A stretch of 63,586 bases of DNA, the filler included, from Planctomycetota bacterium (GTDB lineage Bacteria > Planctomycetota > Planctomycetia > JALXBF01): assembly GCA_026991575.1 (NCBI GenBank). It is 7 parts of 7 records of this genome, joined end to end, with 100 filler letters (N's around TTAATTAATTAA, not from the genome) between each part and the next. Parts side by side here need not be neighbours in the genome. Positions count along the whole stretch, not along the records: positions 29,445 to 47,385 come from JALXBF010000101.1; positions 47,486 to 52,949 come from JALXBF010000102.1; 5 more parts are not named here. One strand, written 5' to 3'. This document shows, piece by piece, positions 39,857 to 49,556 of this stretch. The notes below the pieces were generated by a model. That model had not been told where the DNA came from and made no database searches. It saw only the letters and a list, made by a program, of their open reading frames with translations. Made by a program: the position numbers and the translations under genes. How positions within the stretch are numbered: the first letter of the stretch is position 1; each line of letters begins with the position of its first letter.

Positions 39857-41397
39857 GTGAGGCCGGTCCTGTGGGTCAACGGCAGCAAGGATCGCCTCCT
39901 GTGTCGTGGCTCCCCCCGTTGCTCCGTTTCGTCACGACGCCCGAGTGGCACGAGACCGTCGAGGAGCGCTTGAGGAGCTGGTGTCGGCGGGTCGGGCCGG
40001 AGCTGCGCAGGGTCTCGGTCCAAATCACACATTGGACTGCCACGATCTACTCCGACGCGCAGGATTGGCTGCGGCTGGCCGGCATCGACTGGCGTCCCGT
40101 CTTCCCGCGCGGCAGCGCGACCGTGGAGGTGTACGTCAGCGGGGAGTTGCCCGAGGAGCTGGAGGCGGTCGTCGGCAGCCGGCGGTGCGCGGGGCAGCGG
40201 GCAGTCGGTGTCGTCGACCTGGCAGGTGGCCGGTGCTGGATCGGGGGGGTCGTCGACTATCGCGGTGTGCGCCGCGCGGTGTTCGAATCACTCACCGGAC
40301 GCATTCTCCTCGGTCGCGGCCGCACGGCCGGCCGCGATTCCAGCCGCTGGCTCGGAATGCCCGTCGCTGCGCTCGAGTGGGCCCGCGTTCCCGGGCGGGC
40401 ACGCGGCGTCGGCATCGTAGGTCCCCACAGACTGCGCACCTTGCACGCCTTCCTACTGGTGCGCTACTGCGAATCGGCGGCGCTGGCCGCCATGGACTGG
40501 TGCTTCTTCCGCCCCAGGCAACGACGCGCTGTTCCTGCCGACGGCCATTTCCTCGTGCCCGGCCGCTTCGTTCACTGGTTCCCGAGACTCCGCAGCACGC
40601 TCGCGCTGGCAGAACCGGCCGCACCCGTCTCGGACGAAGCGCGCCGCCGGCTGCTTGCGCTGCAACTGGCCGACGAACTCGATGAGCCAGGGCCGGACGC
40701 CGTGGCAGCAAGTCGTGAGTTGGCCGAACTGCTCCAGACACTCGCAGCCAACGACAACTGGCTGCTGGTCAGTCCCGATGAACTCGTGGGCCCGGAACGG
40801 ATCGCCGACACCGCAAACGTCCAGAGCTGGCTCGTTTTCCCCGACGGTGATGCCCAACGGGCGCTGTCCCGAAGCGGCTGGCTACTCCGCGCCGGCAACC
40901 GTGACGAGCTGCGCGAGGCCATCCTCCGGGAGTGCTTTGCATACCATTGCCCGCTCGCCCGGCGCAGTGCCGAAGGGCTCATCGATCAGTTGCTCGGCGC
41001 ACAAGGGCTCCGGGTCTTCCTGGCCGAGCCGCACAGCCACCCGGCCCTGATGCAGCTGCTGATCCGCTTTGCACTCAGCGGCCGCATCAGCGGTGCACGG
41101 TGGCTGGATGAGCCGCTCGGTGAGCCGTGCGCCGCACACCTTCAGTTAGCCGGCACCCTAGGCCCAGGCTACTGGCAGCATGCTTCTGGCAACACCGTCC
41201 GGCTGCTGGTGCTGGAGCCGGCCCGCGGCGATCGGCCAACCGTCATGGCTGTCGATGCCTGGATGCTGGAGCGCGGTGAGCTCAGCGACCCGTTCGGTCT
41301 GATCCGCGGCGTCTGGCCCGGCCAAATCGCCGACTTCTTCACTGCCCATCGCGACCTGAACCCGCGACGCATGCTGGCTGCGTGGTTGCCGTGGTAG
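39853..41397 (+). CDS. Hypothetical protein, possibly a degenerate PEPCK/HPr-kinase-like fold
   Basis: GTG overlaps the upstream TGA; long open frame; order of segments resembles PEPCK/HprK-like proteins. Confidence 0.6.
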   Translation: MSEAGPVGQRQQGSPPVSWLPPLLRFVTTPEWHETVEERLRSWCRRVGPELRRVSVQITHWTATIYSDAQDWLRLAGIDWRPVFPRGSATVEVYVSGELPEELEAVVGSRRCAGQRAVGVVDLAGGRCWIGGVVDYRGVRRAVFESLTGRILLGRGRTAGRDSSRWLGMPVAALEWARVPGRARGVGIVGPHRLRTLHAFLLVRYCESAALAAMDWCFFRPRQRRAVPADGHFLVPGRFVHWFPRLRSTLALAEPAAPVSDEARRRLLALQLADELDEPGPDAVAASRELAELLQTLAANDNWLLVSPDELVGPERIADTANVQSWLVFPDGDAQRALSRSGWLLRAGNRDELREAILRECFAYHCPLARRSAEGLIDQLLGAQGLRVFLAEPHSHPALMQLLIRFALSGRISGARWLDEPLGEPCAAHLQLAGTLGPGYWQHASGNTVRLLVLEPARGDRPTVMAVDAWMLERGELSDPFGLIRGVWPGQIADFFTAHRDLNPRRMLAAWLPW

Positions 41398-41427
41398 GCG
41401 GGCTGGCACCGCCAACGGCGGACAGCA

Positions 41428-43734
41428 TCACTTGATCACCACCACTTCTAGCTCCCCCGTGCGCCGCTCTACGCGTACCGTGACGTCGTCACCGTGCTTG
41501 CGGAACAAGATGTCGACGCGAGCGTCGCCCACGGCCAGATTAGTGACGCGAACTTCGGGCAGGAATTCCGGCAGGTAGGCCCGGTGGACCCGCAGTTGGC
41601 GACGTAGGCCACGCGGCCGGAGGCCAAGGCAGGCACGCAACAGCAGAAAGCCCGCAGCAGCAGCCCAGGCCTGCGGAGAGCAAGCGACCGGGTAAAGCGT
41701 GGGTGCTTCGCCAGGAACCCGCTCAAAGCCGCAGAACAGCTCCGGCATGCGACGGAGGTCGAAATGCAGGCTGGCATCGAACATGCTCTGTAACAACCGA
41801 GCGGCATGGCGGCGAAAACCGTAGCGTGCCAGCCCCCAGGCGATCAACGAGTTGTCGTGTGGCCAGATCGAGCCGTTGTGATACGACATCGGGTTGTACC
41901 GCACCTGGCCCTTGGCAACCGTCCGGATCCCCCATCCGGAGAAGAAACGATCGCCCATGAGCTGTTCGGCTAGCAACCTGGCACGCTCCTCGCCGGCAAT
42001 GCCCGTCGTCAGGCAGTGGCCTGCATTGGACGCCAGCACGCGGCACGGGCGCTTTGAACCATCCAAAGCCAGGACATAAAAGTTCAGCTCTGGATCCCAA
42101 AACACCTGTTCGAACCGGTTCCGCAGCTCAGCCGCCTTCTGCTTACAGTGCTCGGCTAGCTCATGGTCACCCAACTCCTGAGCCAGTCGGGCCGTGCCCC
42201 GCCATGCGCCGTACGCATACGCCTGCACCTCGCATAACGCAATCGGACCCTCCGCAAGCGACCCATCCGCGTGAAAGACGGAATCCTCCGAGTCCTTCCA
42301 ACCCTGATTCCGAAGCCCAATCTTCGTGTACCGCTTGTACTCCAGAAAACCGTCCCCGTCGCGATCGCCGTACTTTTCCATCCACTCCAGCGCGGCCAGG
42401 ATGTTCGGCCAGATCGAGCGGATCAGCTCCAGATCGCCCGTGGCCATGGCGTACTCGTACGCAAGGATCACGAACAGCGGGGTGCTGTCGATGCTGCCGT
42501 AGTAGCGCCGAAACGGAACTTCGCCCGTGGCTGCCATCTCACCCCGGCGCACCTCGTGGAGGATCTTGCCGGGCTCAGCGTCCGTGGCGGCATCGTGCCG
42601 GTCAGCCTGGTGAGCGGCCAGATAGCGAAGCACGCCGGCAGCCAGCTCAGGCTCAATCCACAGTGACTGCAACGCCGTGATGATGCCGTCGCGCCCGAAG
42701 ATCGTGCTAAACCACGGAATCCCGGCGTACGGGTACGGGCCATGCTCGGTGTCCGTGACCAGGAGACGGAGATCTGCCCAGGAGCGATTGAACCAGTCAT
42801 TGAAGAGTTCGTTGGACGTGTACACGTGGGCGACCCTGCGGCGGGCTTCGTCCACGGTGGCACTCAGCACGCGCAGGGGCTGGCGATCGTCAGGGCAGCA
42901 GCGGCAGACCTCCGGCTCCTGGGCACACTCCGCCGGACACGTGCCGCAACGAATCGCAATCAGCCATTCGGCGTCCTCCTGCGGCCGCAGCAACGCACGA
43001 AACGTGAACTGGCCATCCATGCAGGACGCCGGCTTCGGTTCAGCGATGAGCTGGGTGTAACGCAGCAGGCGGTCCAGGCCGAAGTAGCGGTAGATGATCG
43101 TGTCGTCGCGGACAATCGGTTCCAGAAGCTCGCCCCGCCTGTCCCGCTTCATGCCGCGCACCTCGAACATGTCAGCAAAATCGGCCGCGAACTCTAAGCC
43201 CCACACGATGTGGACATCCGTGAGCCCGTAGTTGTGGATGCGGAACCGCTGGAAGCACGTGTCGTGGTAGAGGAAGACGGTGCGGGAGATATAGAGCGAG
43301 TTGCGCTGCAGGACGAGCTTGTGGTCAACGCGCAGGTCGGGGTTGGCCAGGTCTACGGCAAGCGTGATGTTGTCGCTACGGATCGTGGACTTCAACAGAA
43401 GCGGACGGCGCCCGCCCAGCCGCATGATCATCCCGGAGAGGTGGCGGCAGTCGTTGGCATAGATACCGCCGGTGGAGCCTTCAGGAATGTCACCGAAGCG
43501 GTCGAACACGGCGAACATGTCGCCGTGCTTCAGCGTGCGCCACTGAATGTCGGTTGGGCCCGGCGGAACGGTGATGTAGAACCGGTCGGAGCCGTTGTTG
43601 TTCGCTGCGGTACCGTCCGGGGCCAGACGCCGGCCATGCTGCCGCAGGATTGCCTCAATCCGCTCGAAGACCTCCTGCGGCACGTGCCAGTGCTGGGCCT
43701 CTTCTGGGTGCTGCGAACGCTGCTCGTCGGTCAT
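41428..43734 (-). CDS. Amylo-alpha-1,6-glucosidase (glycogen debranching GDE_C type)
   Basis: AGIPWFSTIFGRD, EPGKILHE, YYGSIDSTPLF, NQGWKDS, YHNGSIWPHDN, PELFCG, PQAWAAA. Confidence 0.95.
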   Translation of the reverse strand: MTDEQRSQHPEEAQHWHVPQEVFERIEAILRQHGRRLAPDGTAANNNGSDRFYITVPPGPTDIQWRTLKHGDMFAVFDRFGDIPEGSTGGIYANDCRHLSGMIMRLGGRRPLLLKSTIRSDNITLAVDLANPDLRVDHKLVLQRNSLYISRTVFLYHDTCFQRFRIHNYGLTDVHIVWGLEFAADFADMFEVRGMKRDRRGELLEPIVRDDTIIYRYFGLDRLLRYTQLIAEPKPASCMDGQFTFRALLRPQEDAEWLIAIRCGTCPAECAQEPEVCRCCPDDRQPLRVLSATVDEARRRVAHVYTSNELFNDWFNRSWADLRLLVTDTEHGPYPYAGIPWFSTIFGRDGIITALQSLWIEPELAAGVLRYLAAHQADRHDAATDAEPGKILHEVRRGEMAATGEVPFRRYYGSIDSTPLFVILAYEYAMATGDLELIRSIWPNILAALEWMEKYGDRDGDGFLEYKRYTKIGLRNQGWKDSEDSVFHADGSLAEGPIALCEVQAYAYGAWRGTARLAQELGDHELAEHCKQKAAELRNRFEQVFWDPELNFYVLALDGSKRPCRVLASNAGHCLTTGIAGEERARLLAEQLMGDRFFSGWGIRTVAKGQVRYNPMSYHNGSIWPHDNSLIAWGLARYGFRRHAARLLQSMFDASLHFDLRRMPELFCGFERVPGEAPTLYPVACSPQAWAAAAGFLLLRACLGLRPRGLRRQLRVHRAYLPEFLPEVRVTNLAVGDARVDILFRKHGDDVTVRVERRTGELEVVVIK

Positions 43735-43920
43735 GCCTGCAGTCGGCGTCTGCGTGTCTCTGAATGGTCCCTACCCCTAACGGAGGTGTCAATCGCAGAT
43801 TTCCCCGTGACGTCCCGCCGTGACCAGCGCCTACGCGTGATCGGTCCGAGCACACCACCGGCCGACCAACACGACCGGTCCATGCCCGATGACGACGACC
43901 CTGCCTGGGATGGGTGCCTC

Positions 43921-45333
43921 TCACGCTAGCAGCTCATGGACCACGCGTCCACCAACGTCCGTAAGACGGAACTCTCGGCCGGCAAACGTGTACGTAAGCC
44001 TTGTGTGGTCCAGTCCAAGCAGGTACAGCAGCGTGGCATGCACGTCGCGCATGTGTACCGGGTCGTCGACTGCCTGGAAGCCGTACTCGTCCGTGGCCCC
44101 GTAATGGAAACCCGGCTTGACCCCGCCTCCCGCAAACCACATGGTAAAGCCCAGGGGATTGTGATCACGCCCCGTGCCACGTTTCTCCGCATATGGCGTA
44201 CGTCCGAACTCACCGCTCCACCAAACAAGCGTCTCATCCAGAAGCCCCCGCCGCTTCAGGTCCGTCAGCAGTGCAGCAATCGGCCGGTCTACCGCGCGCG
44301 CGTGGATTTCGTGCCGTTCGATCTTGGAGTGCTGGTCCCATGGTGGCGACGAGTCGTTGCTGTAGTTGACCTGGACAAATCGCACGCCCGCTTCCACCAG
44401 GCGCCGCGCGATGAGGCATTGTCGACCGAATGTATCCGTCGCCTTTTCGCCAATGCCGTACAGCGCGAGCGTCTCGGCCGATTCCGTCGAGATGTCCAGG
44501 ACCGTGGGAACCTGGAACTGCATCTGGAAAGCCAGTTCGTATGATCGGACGACCGCGTCAAAGTCGCTGTCCGCTTCGTCGAACCTCGGTGACGCACGAT
44601 TCAGGGACTGGACCAGCTTCAAGTGGCGCCGTTGACGATGAGGGTCGTAGCGTTTGTTACGGACGTTTGGAAACGACGCCAGCGAGAGCTTGCTGCCGGC
44701 TCGTCCGATAGGCGTGCCCTGGTAGACGGATGGTAGGAATGCACTCCCGTAGTTCCTCGGGCCGCCGACGTTCATGGGTGGGTTCAATGTGACGAAGCCG
44801 GGGAGGTTCTCATTTTCAGTGCCCAGCCCGTACAGGATCCAGGAACCGAGCGACGGACGGACCAGCGCAATGGCGCCGGTGTGCAGGAACAGCGTTGCCG
44901 GACCGTGCGCGATGCCTTCTGTGTGGGCGCTGTGGATGAAGCACAGGTCGTCCACGTGGCGGGCCAGGTTGGGGAAGAGTTCCGAAACCCATGTGCCGCT
45001 TTCGCCATGTTGCCGGAACCGCCACCTGGGTTTCATAATCTGGTGCTTGATGATCTTGCCGGTCTTGGCTCGTGTTCGCGGGTCATCGAAGGCCATGAGC
45101 TCGCCGTCTTTCTTGACCAGCAAGGGCTTGTAATCGAACGTGTCCACGTGGCTTGGCCCGCCCTGCATGAACAGGAAGATCACGTGCCGGGCCCTGGGCG
45201 GGTGGTGTGGTAGCGGCAGGCGTGGCTTTGCCGTAGAGCCCGCGGACGTGCGGGCAAGCAGATCAGCCAGAGCCAGGCTGGCAAACCCACAGGCGGCCTG
45301 CCTCAAAGCCTCGCGGCGACTCATCAACGCCAT
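43921..45333 (-). CDS. DUF1501 family protein with Tat-like signal
   Basis: SRREALR, IFLFMQGGPSHVDTFDYKP, CLIARRLVEAGVRFVQ, WDQH, GEFGRTP, GRDHNP, RLTDV. Confidence 0.95.
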   Translation of the reverse strand: MALMSRREALRQAACGFASLALADLLARTSAGSTAKPRLPLPHHPPRARHVIFLFMQGGPSHVDTFDYKPLLVKKDGELMAFDDPRTRAKTGKIIKHQIMKPRWRFRQHGESGTWVSELFPNLARHVDDLCFIHSAHTEGIAHGPATLFLHTGAIALVRPSLGSWILYGLGTENENLPGFVTLNPPMNVGGPRNYGSAFLPSVYQGTPIGRAGSKLSLASFPNVRNKRYDPHRQRRHLKLVQSLNRASPRFDEADSDFDAVVRSYELAFQMQFQVPTVLDISTESAETLALYGIGEKATDTFGRQCLIARRLVEAGVRFVQVNYSNDSSPPWDQHSKIERHEIHARAVDRPIAALLTDLKRRGLLDETLVWWSGEFGRTPYAEKRGTGRDHNPLGFTMWFAGGGVKPGFHYGATDEYGFQAVDDPVHMRDVHATLLYLLGLDHTRLTYTFAGREFRLTDVGGRVVHELLA

Positions 45334-45479
45334 CGGCAGCTCCCCAGTGCTTCAGGAGACGCAATGCCAATGCTGCGGGTCAACGCCGAGCTGGGTCCAT
45401 GCCCGGAGCCGACAGCAGTATGGAACGCGTCGGCTGAGCGCCCGGCAATGCGGCACCACTGACGGTGCCGCCACCGGGA

Positions 45480-47385
45480 TCAATAGATGTAGCGAAACTC
45501 CACGGTACAGAACAGCCCGTGCACGAGCTCAGCCCAGGCATCCCGCGCAGCGGCTCCGTCTGCCAAGCGGGCACGCACGTAGCTGAGGCAGAGCTCTCTT
45601 TCCTCCCGGCGCTGTGTCGGCACAGCACCAGCTCAAACAACCGGATTACTCGGTCCTCGTCGCGATCTACCTCATGGAGCAAACGTTCCGCGGTGGCGTC
45701 TGCCTGTTCCAGCACGAACTCGCTGTTCATCAGGTACAGCGCCTGCAGTGGCGTAACGGTGGCAAACCGGCGGCCGCAGACAACGCTTGGGTTGGCCCCG
45801 TCGAACAGGGCAAAGTAGCCGGGGGTAAGGTTGCGGAGCAGCGGCTGATAGATGCTGCGTCTGCGGTCCAGCGGCACCGAGCGCACCTGCTTTTCTTCCA
45901 CCCCCTTCTTGCGCAACGCAGCCGGAAGAGACGGCCCGCCCATGGCAGTGTCCAGCGTTCCGCTGATGGACAACATCGCATCCCGCAGGGCTTCGGCTTC
46001 CAGACGCCGCCTTGTGAACCGCATGAAGAGCCGGTTCTCGGGATCAAGCTGGACTGCCAGCGACTGCGCCCGGCTTGCCACACGGAAGCTACGTGAGCAA
46101 ACCAGTTCGCGGACCAAACGCTTTGTCGAACCGCCCAACTGCTGGAAGCGCACCGCAAGGAAATCGAGCAGGTCAGGATGGGACGGCGGCTCGCCTGTGG
46201 TGCCGAAGTTATCAACGGTGCGAACCAGTCCGGTGCCGAAGGTCCAATGCCACACCCGGTTCACGTACACGCGCCAGGTCAACGGGTTACGGGGGTGGAC
46301 AAGCCAGGAAGCCAGCTGGAGGCGGCCGCTCGTTGAGGCAGGGATCTGCGGGCTGTCGAGCGCGTGCGCCAGAAACCGCGGCACACTGCGTCGAACCCTG
46401 GCTCCCGGTGAGTCAAGCTGACCCCGGAGCAACACGGGGCTATCCGAGATTTCCTCAGGCGGTCGATCTGCCACGCCCATCGCCCGCTGCACCGGAGGCA
46501 TGCCCTGGCGCAAGCACTGGAGTTCGTTCTTGGCGGATTCAGCCGCCTCGGCCAGAAGGGCCCGCTGACGCATGTCGGCGTGGCTGAGGATCTGTAGGGC
46601 GTCGACAACGACGTACCCCCTGGTGTTGTCGTTGCGCACGGTGACAACAAGCTCGCTACCTGCGGCCAGCGTCACCTGGCCTAATCGCACGAAAACCCCT
46701 TCAGGCGGCGCGGCCGTCTGATCGATCCGGACAAGCCTTGTTTCGCCGCCGGCGTGGATTTCGACCGGAACACTCGTGGCTCGATTCGCTGCATTGCTAT
46801 AGGCCAGGCGAAGCAGGTACGTGTCCTCAGACGTTGCCGTCCAGCGGAACGATAGCGCTTTCTGCCCCTTGTCCTTGTTGCCGTCGTGTAGGTAGTGCGT
46901 TCCGATCCGGCGGGGACTGTGCGTCGAACGGAACCACTCGCCACGGGCGGTTGCCTGCTCGGCTTCGATGATGATCCCGCGCATTGTGCGGGGATCGATC
47001 GGTTTGTCCTCGTACGGTCCGTCGAATGCGGCAAGCGCCGAGCGGATCCGAGCCAGTTCGTCTTCCAAAGCACCGATGCGTTCCAATACCGCCCGCCGGC
47101 GCTCAGCAAGCTCCGGATCCTCGGGCAGCGCGACCTCGTACCACCGGGACACGTTGTCGTGCACGACGGAGCGGGTACTGAGGAAGATGCCGGCTAGAGC
47201 ATAGTACTCCTCCGTTGTCACCGGGTCGAACTTGTGATCGTGGCAGCGGGCACAGCCAAGTGAGATGCCCAGGAAAGCTTTGCCCACCGTTTCGATCTGC
47301 TCATCGGCGATGTCGTAGTCAAGCAGTCGCTTGTTCTGCGTCTCATAGTTGTTCGGTCCGATGACCAGGAAGCCCGTCGCAATAA
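45480..47385 (-). CDS. PSD1/DUF1549-DUF1553 cytochrome-c-motif protein (5' truncated, frameshift near 45615)
   Basis: IATGFL, CARCHDHKFDP, SGRLQLASWL, NPLTWRVYVNRVW, PSHPDLLD, RRLEAEALRD, PLQALYLMN; canonical C-terminus AWAELVHGLFCTVEFRYIY* lies in another frame ending at 45480. Confidence 0.9.
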
Positions 47386-47485
47386 NNNNNNNNNNNNNNN
47401 NNNNNNNNNNNNNNNNNNNNNNNNNNNNNTTAATTAATTAANNNNNNNNNNNNNNNNNNNNNNNNNNNNNNNNNNNNNNNNNNNN
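47386..47485. other. Artificial contig linker
   Basis: N run, TTAATTAATTAA, N run. Confidence 0.98.
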
Positions 47486-48979
47486 GTCTGGATCGCCGGG
47501 CTGAATCCCACGACCCGCCGGGGAGCTCAGAGTGAACCGGCGAACCCGACAACGTTCGGCACGACGAATACCGGTGGCATCGGTATCCTGCCGCTCAATG
47601 ACGTCTTCCTGGTACACACAAGAAACATGGCCGAACCGGCCCGCCTGCTGTTGGAGGATCCATTCTTTGTGCTCGCGGCCGGGGCTAGGTACACGGCCGA
47701 GTGGGCACTGGTGCCGGTGGAACGAGCCGTGACCACGCAGCCCTGGCGGGTGACCGGAGGGGACGAAGAGTACATCTGGCGTGTGACACATGAGCCCTAC
47801 TTCACGTTCGTCAACGCTGTACGCCGGCTGCGCGGCGTGAACTTCACGCTACAGGGACCGTTCGCATTCCTGCGGGCTGACCCGCGGTACACGGGCAAGT
47901 GGAGCGACCGGGAGATCCGGGAGTTCGTCCGATTCAAGAGCGCGTACTTCCTGTGCTCAAGCATCGACTACCCGCGCTACCGCGGCCACTACGCGCACGG
48001 TACAGCATTTCAGCACGTGGACCACAGTTATCGGATCAAGCACTTGGAGCGTCTCCGACGCCTTGTCCCGGATGTGGTCCATCTGGTCTACTTCCACTGC
48101 TTTCTGGACGTTCGGGACGAAGCGGCCGTTGAGTTTGCTGAAGACCGGCTGTTGCTGGCGGATGGCCGGCAGGGCAATTACGGACAGCCACACCAGCGGC
48201 TGTACGTGCCCAGGGAGGGCGGTAAGTTCGCAGCGGCGGTGGCCCGGAACGTGGACCTGATTCTGGACGTGATCGGTGCCGACGGGGTGTACTGGGACGA
48301 GATGGAGTACTCGCGTTACCGGTATCACTACGGCGAACCGTGGGATGGGGTCAGCGGCGACATCGACCGCCGCAGTTTCCGGCTGGTGCGGAAGAAAAGC
48401 TCGGTGGAACTGCTGAGCCAGCCCTGGCGCATCGCCCTGGCGCGGGCGATCATCAGACGCGGGCCACTCGTGGCCAACGGCCAACCACACACGCGCACGA
48501 TGGCCCAGTTGCACTTCCCCCGCTTCGTCGAGACCGGCTCGATCAGCAACTGCCGTCGCGCACAACTGTTCAGCCCCATTGCCCTCGGCGACCATCTCAG
48601 CGAACGGTCCGAAGAGGACGCGTACCGGGTCATGCGTCAGGCACTTCGGTTCGGCTGCCTGTACTACTGGTACAACGATCTCCTGGTACGGCCCACGCAC
48701 CATCACCTGACCAGATACATGTACCCGACGACGCCGGTGGAGCTGCATGAGGGGGTGGTGCTGGCGCGAGAACGCATCGTAACGATTCGCAGCGGCACGT
48801 ACAGCTGGCGAGACAGCTCAGAGCATGAGGTCCACATCTTCGGGGCCGACTCGGTGGAGTTGACCGCGGCCGCGGCCGCGCAGCTTGCACGCAGCTACCG
48901 CCACGACGGGGTCACGTACACCGAGCTGCGGTTACCGGACGGGTTCACCGCGGTGATCGTGCGCCGTAACCCGCGCTAG
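47486..48979 (+). CDS. Hypothetical protein, possible glycoside-hydrolase-like TIM barrel (5' truncated)
   Basis: Frame open from the gap; aromatic-rich; LVYFH, GADGVYWDE, VANG, RFVET motifs. Confidence 0.65.
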   Translation, partial: VWIAGLNPTTRRGAQSEPANPTTFGTTNTGGIGILPLNDVFLVHTRNMAEPARLLLEDPFFVLAAGARYTAEWALVPVERAVTTQPWRVTGGDEEYIWRVTHEPYFTFVNAVRRLRGVNFTLQGPFAFLRADPRYTGKWSDREIREFVRFKSAYFLCSSIDYPRYRGHYAHGTAFQHVDHSYRIKHLERLRRLVPDVVHLVYFHCFLDVRDEAAVEFAEDRLLLADGRQGNYGQPHQRLYVPREGGKFAAAVARNVDLILDVIGADGVYWDEMEYSRYRYHYGEPWDGVSGDIDRRSFRLVRKKSSVELLSQPWRIALARAIIRRGPLVANGQPHTRTMAQLHFPRFVETGSISNCRRAQLFSPIALGDHLSERSEEDAYRVMRQALRFGCLYYWYNDLLVRPTHHHLTRYMYPTTPVELHEGVVLARERIVTIRSGTYSWRDSSEHEVHIFGADSVELTAAAAAQLARSYRHDGVTYTELRLPDGFTAVIVRRNPR

Positions 48980-49446
48980 GTTCGACCCGGCGCAGTGGTG
49001 CGCGTCGGCTTCTTGCGGCACAGCGGTACGCAGCGTCGCTTGTGCTCCAGGAGCTGGCCAATGGTGACGGCACGCAGGTTTTCGACCAGGGTGGCGTAGG
49101 CGTTATCCAGCGCGGCGTGCAGCGCACAGAGTTGCCCTTCGTGTTCGGCCAGTCCCAGTGGGCAGCGTTCGATGCGGCGTAGCGGGGCGACGGCATTGAT
49201 CACATCGAGCATGGTGATCTGTTCGGGCGGGCGGGCCAACTGATAGCCCCCCTTACGGCCGCGTTGGATCGTGACCAGTCCGACGGCAGCCAACCGGCGG
49301 AGCACGCGGAACACGTAGCGGGCAGGGATCTGCGTCTCGTGCGCAATCTGCTGCGCTGGTCGCGGCAGGCCATGGTGCTCGGCAAGCCAGACCACGACGC
49401 GCAGCGCGTACTCGGCAGTTTGCGGCAGCAGCCCTGCGGTGCTCAT
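48976..49446 (-). CDS. Rrf2 family transcriptional regulator
   Basis: QTAEYALR, IAHETQIP, RGRKGGYQLARPPEQITMLDVINAV, RCPLG...LCALH. Confidence 0.93.
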   Translation of the reverse strand: MSTAGLLPQTAEYALRVVVWLAEHHGLPRPAQQIAHETQIPARYVFRVLRRLAAVGLVTIQRGRKGGYQLARPPEQITMLDVINAVAPLRRIERCPLGLAEHEGQLCALHAALDNAYATLVENLRAVTIGQLLEHKRRCVPLCRKKPTRTTAPGRT

Positions 49447-49458
49447 AACCAGCGAATT

Positions 49459-49502
49459 GTACACCTTGACATGCAGTTTTTTCGCCGTAGCATTATGTGT
49501 AC
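49459..49502 (+). promoter_or_regulatory. Probable sigma70 promoter of qNor bracketed by an inverted hexamer pair
   Basis: TTGACA (49466-49471), 16 nt, TAGCAT (49488-49493); GTACAC at 49459 and GTGTAC at 49497. Confidence 0.55.
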
Positions 49503-49556
49503 CTGTTGGTGAAGTTTTTCCCTGCCTCCGCGACCGTTTTCTCGGAGAGCCATGCG

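Noticed and set aside
48976..48979. Convergent genes sharing CTAG stop codons
   Set aside because: Common 4-bp overlap with no further signal.
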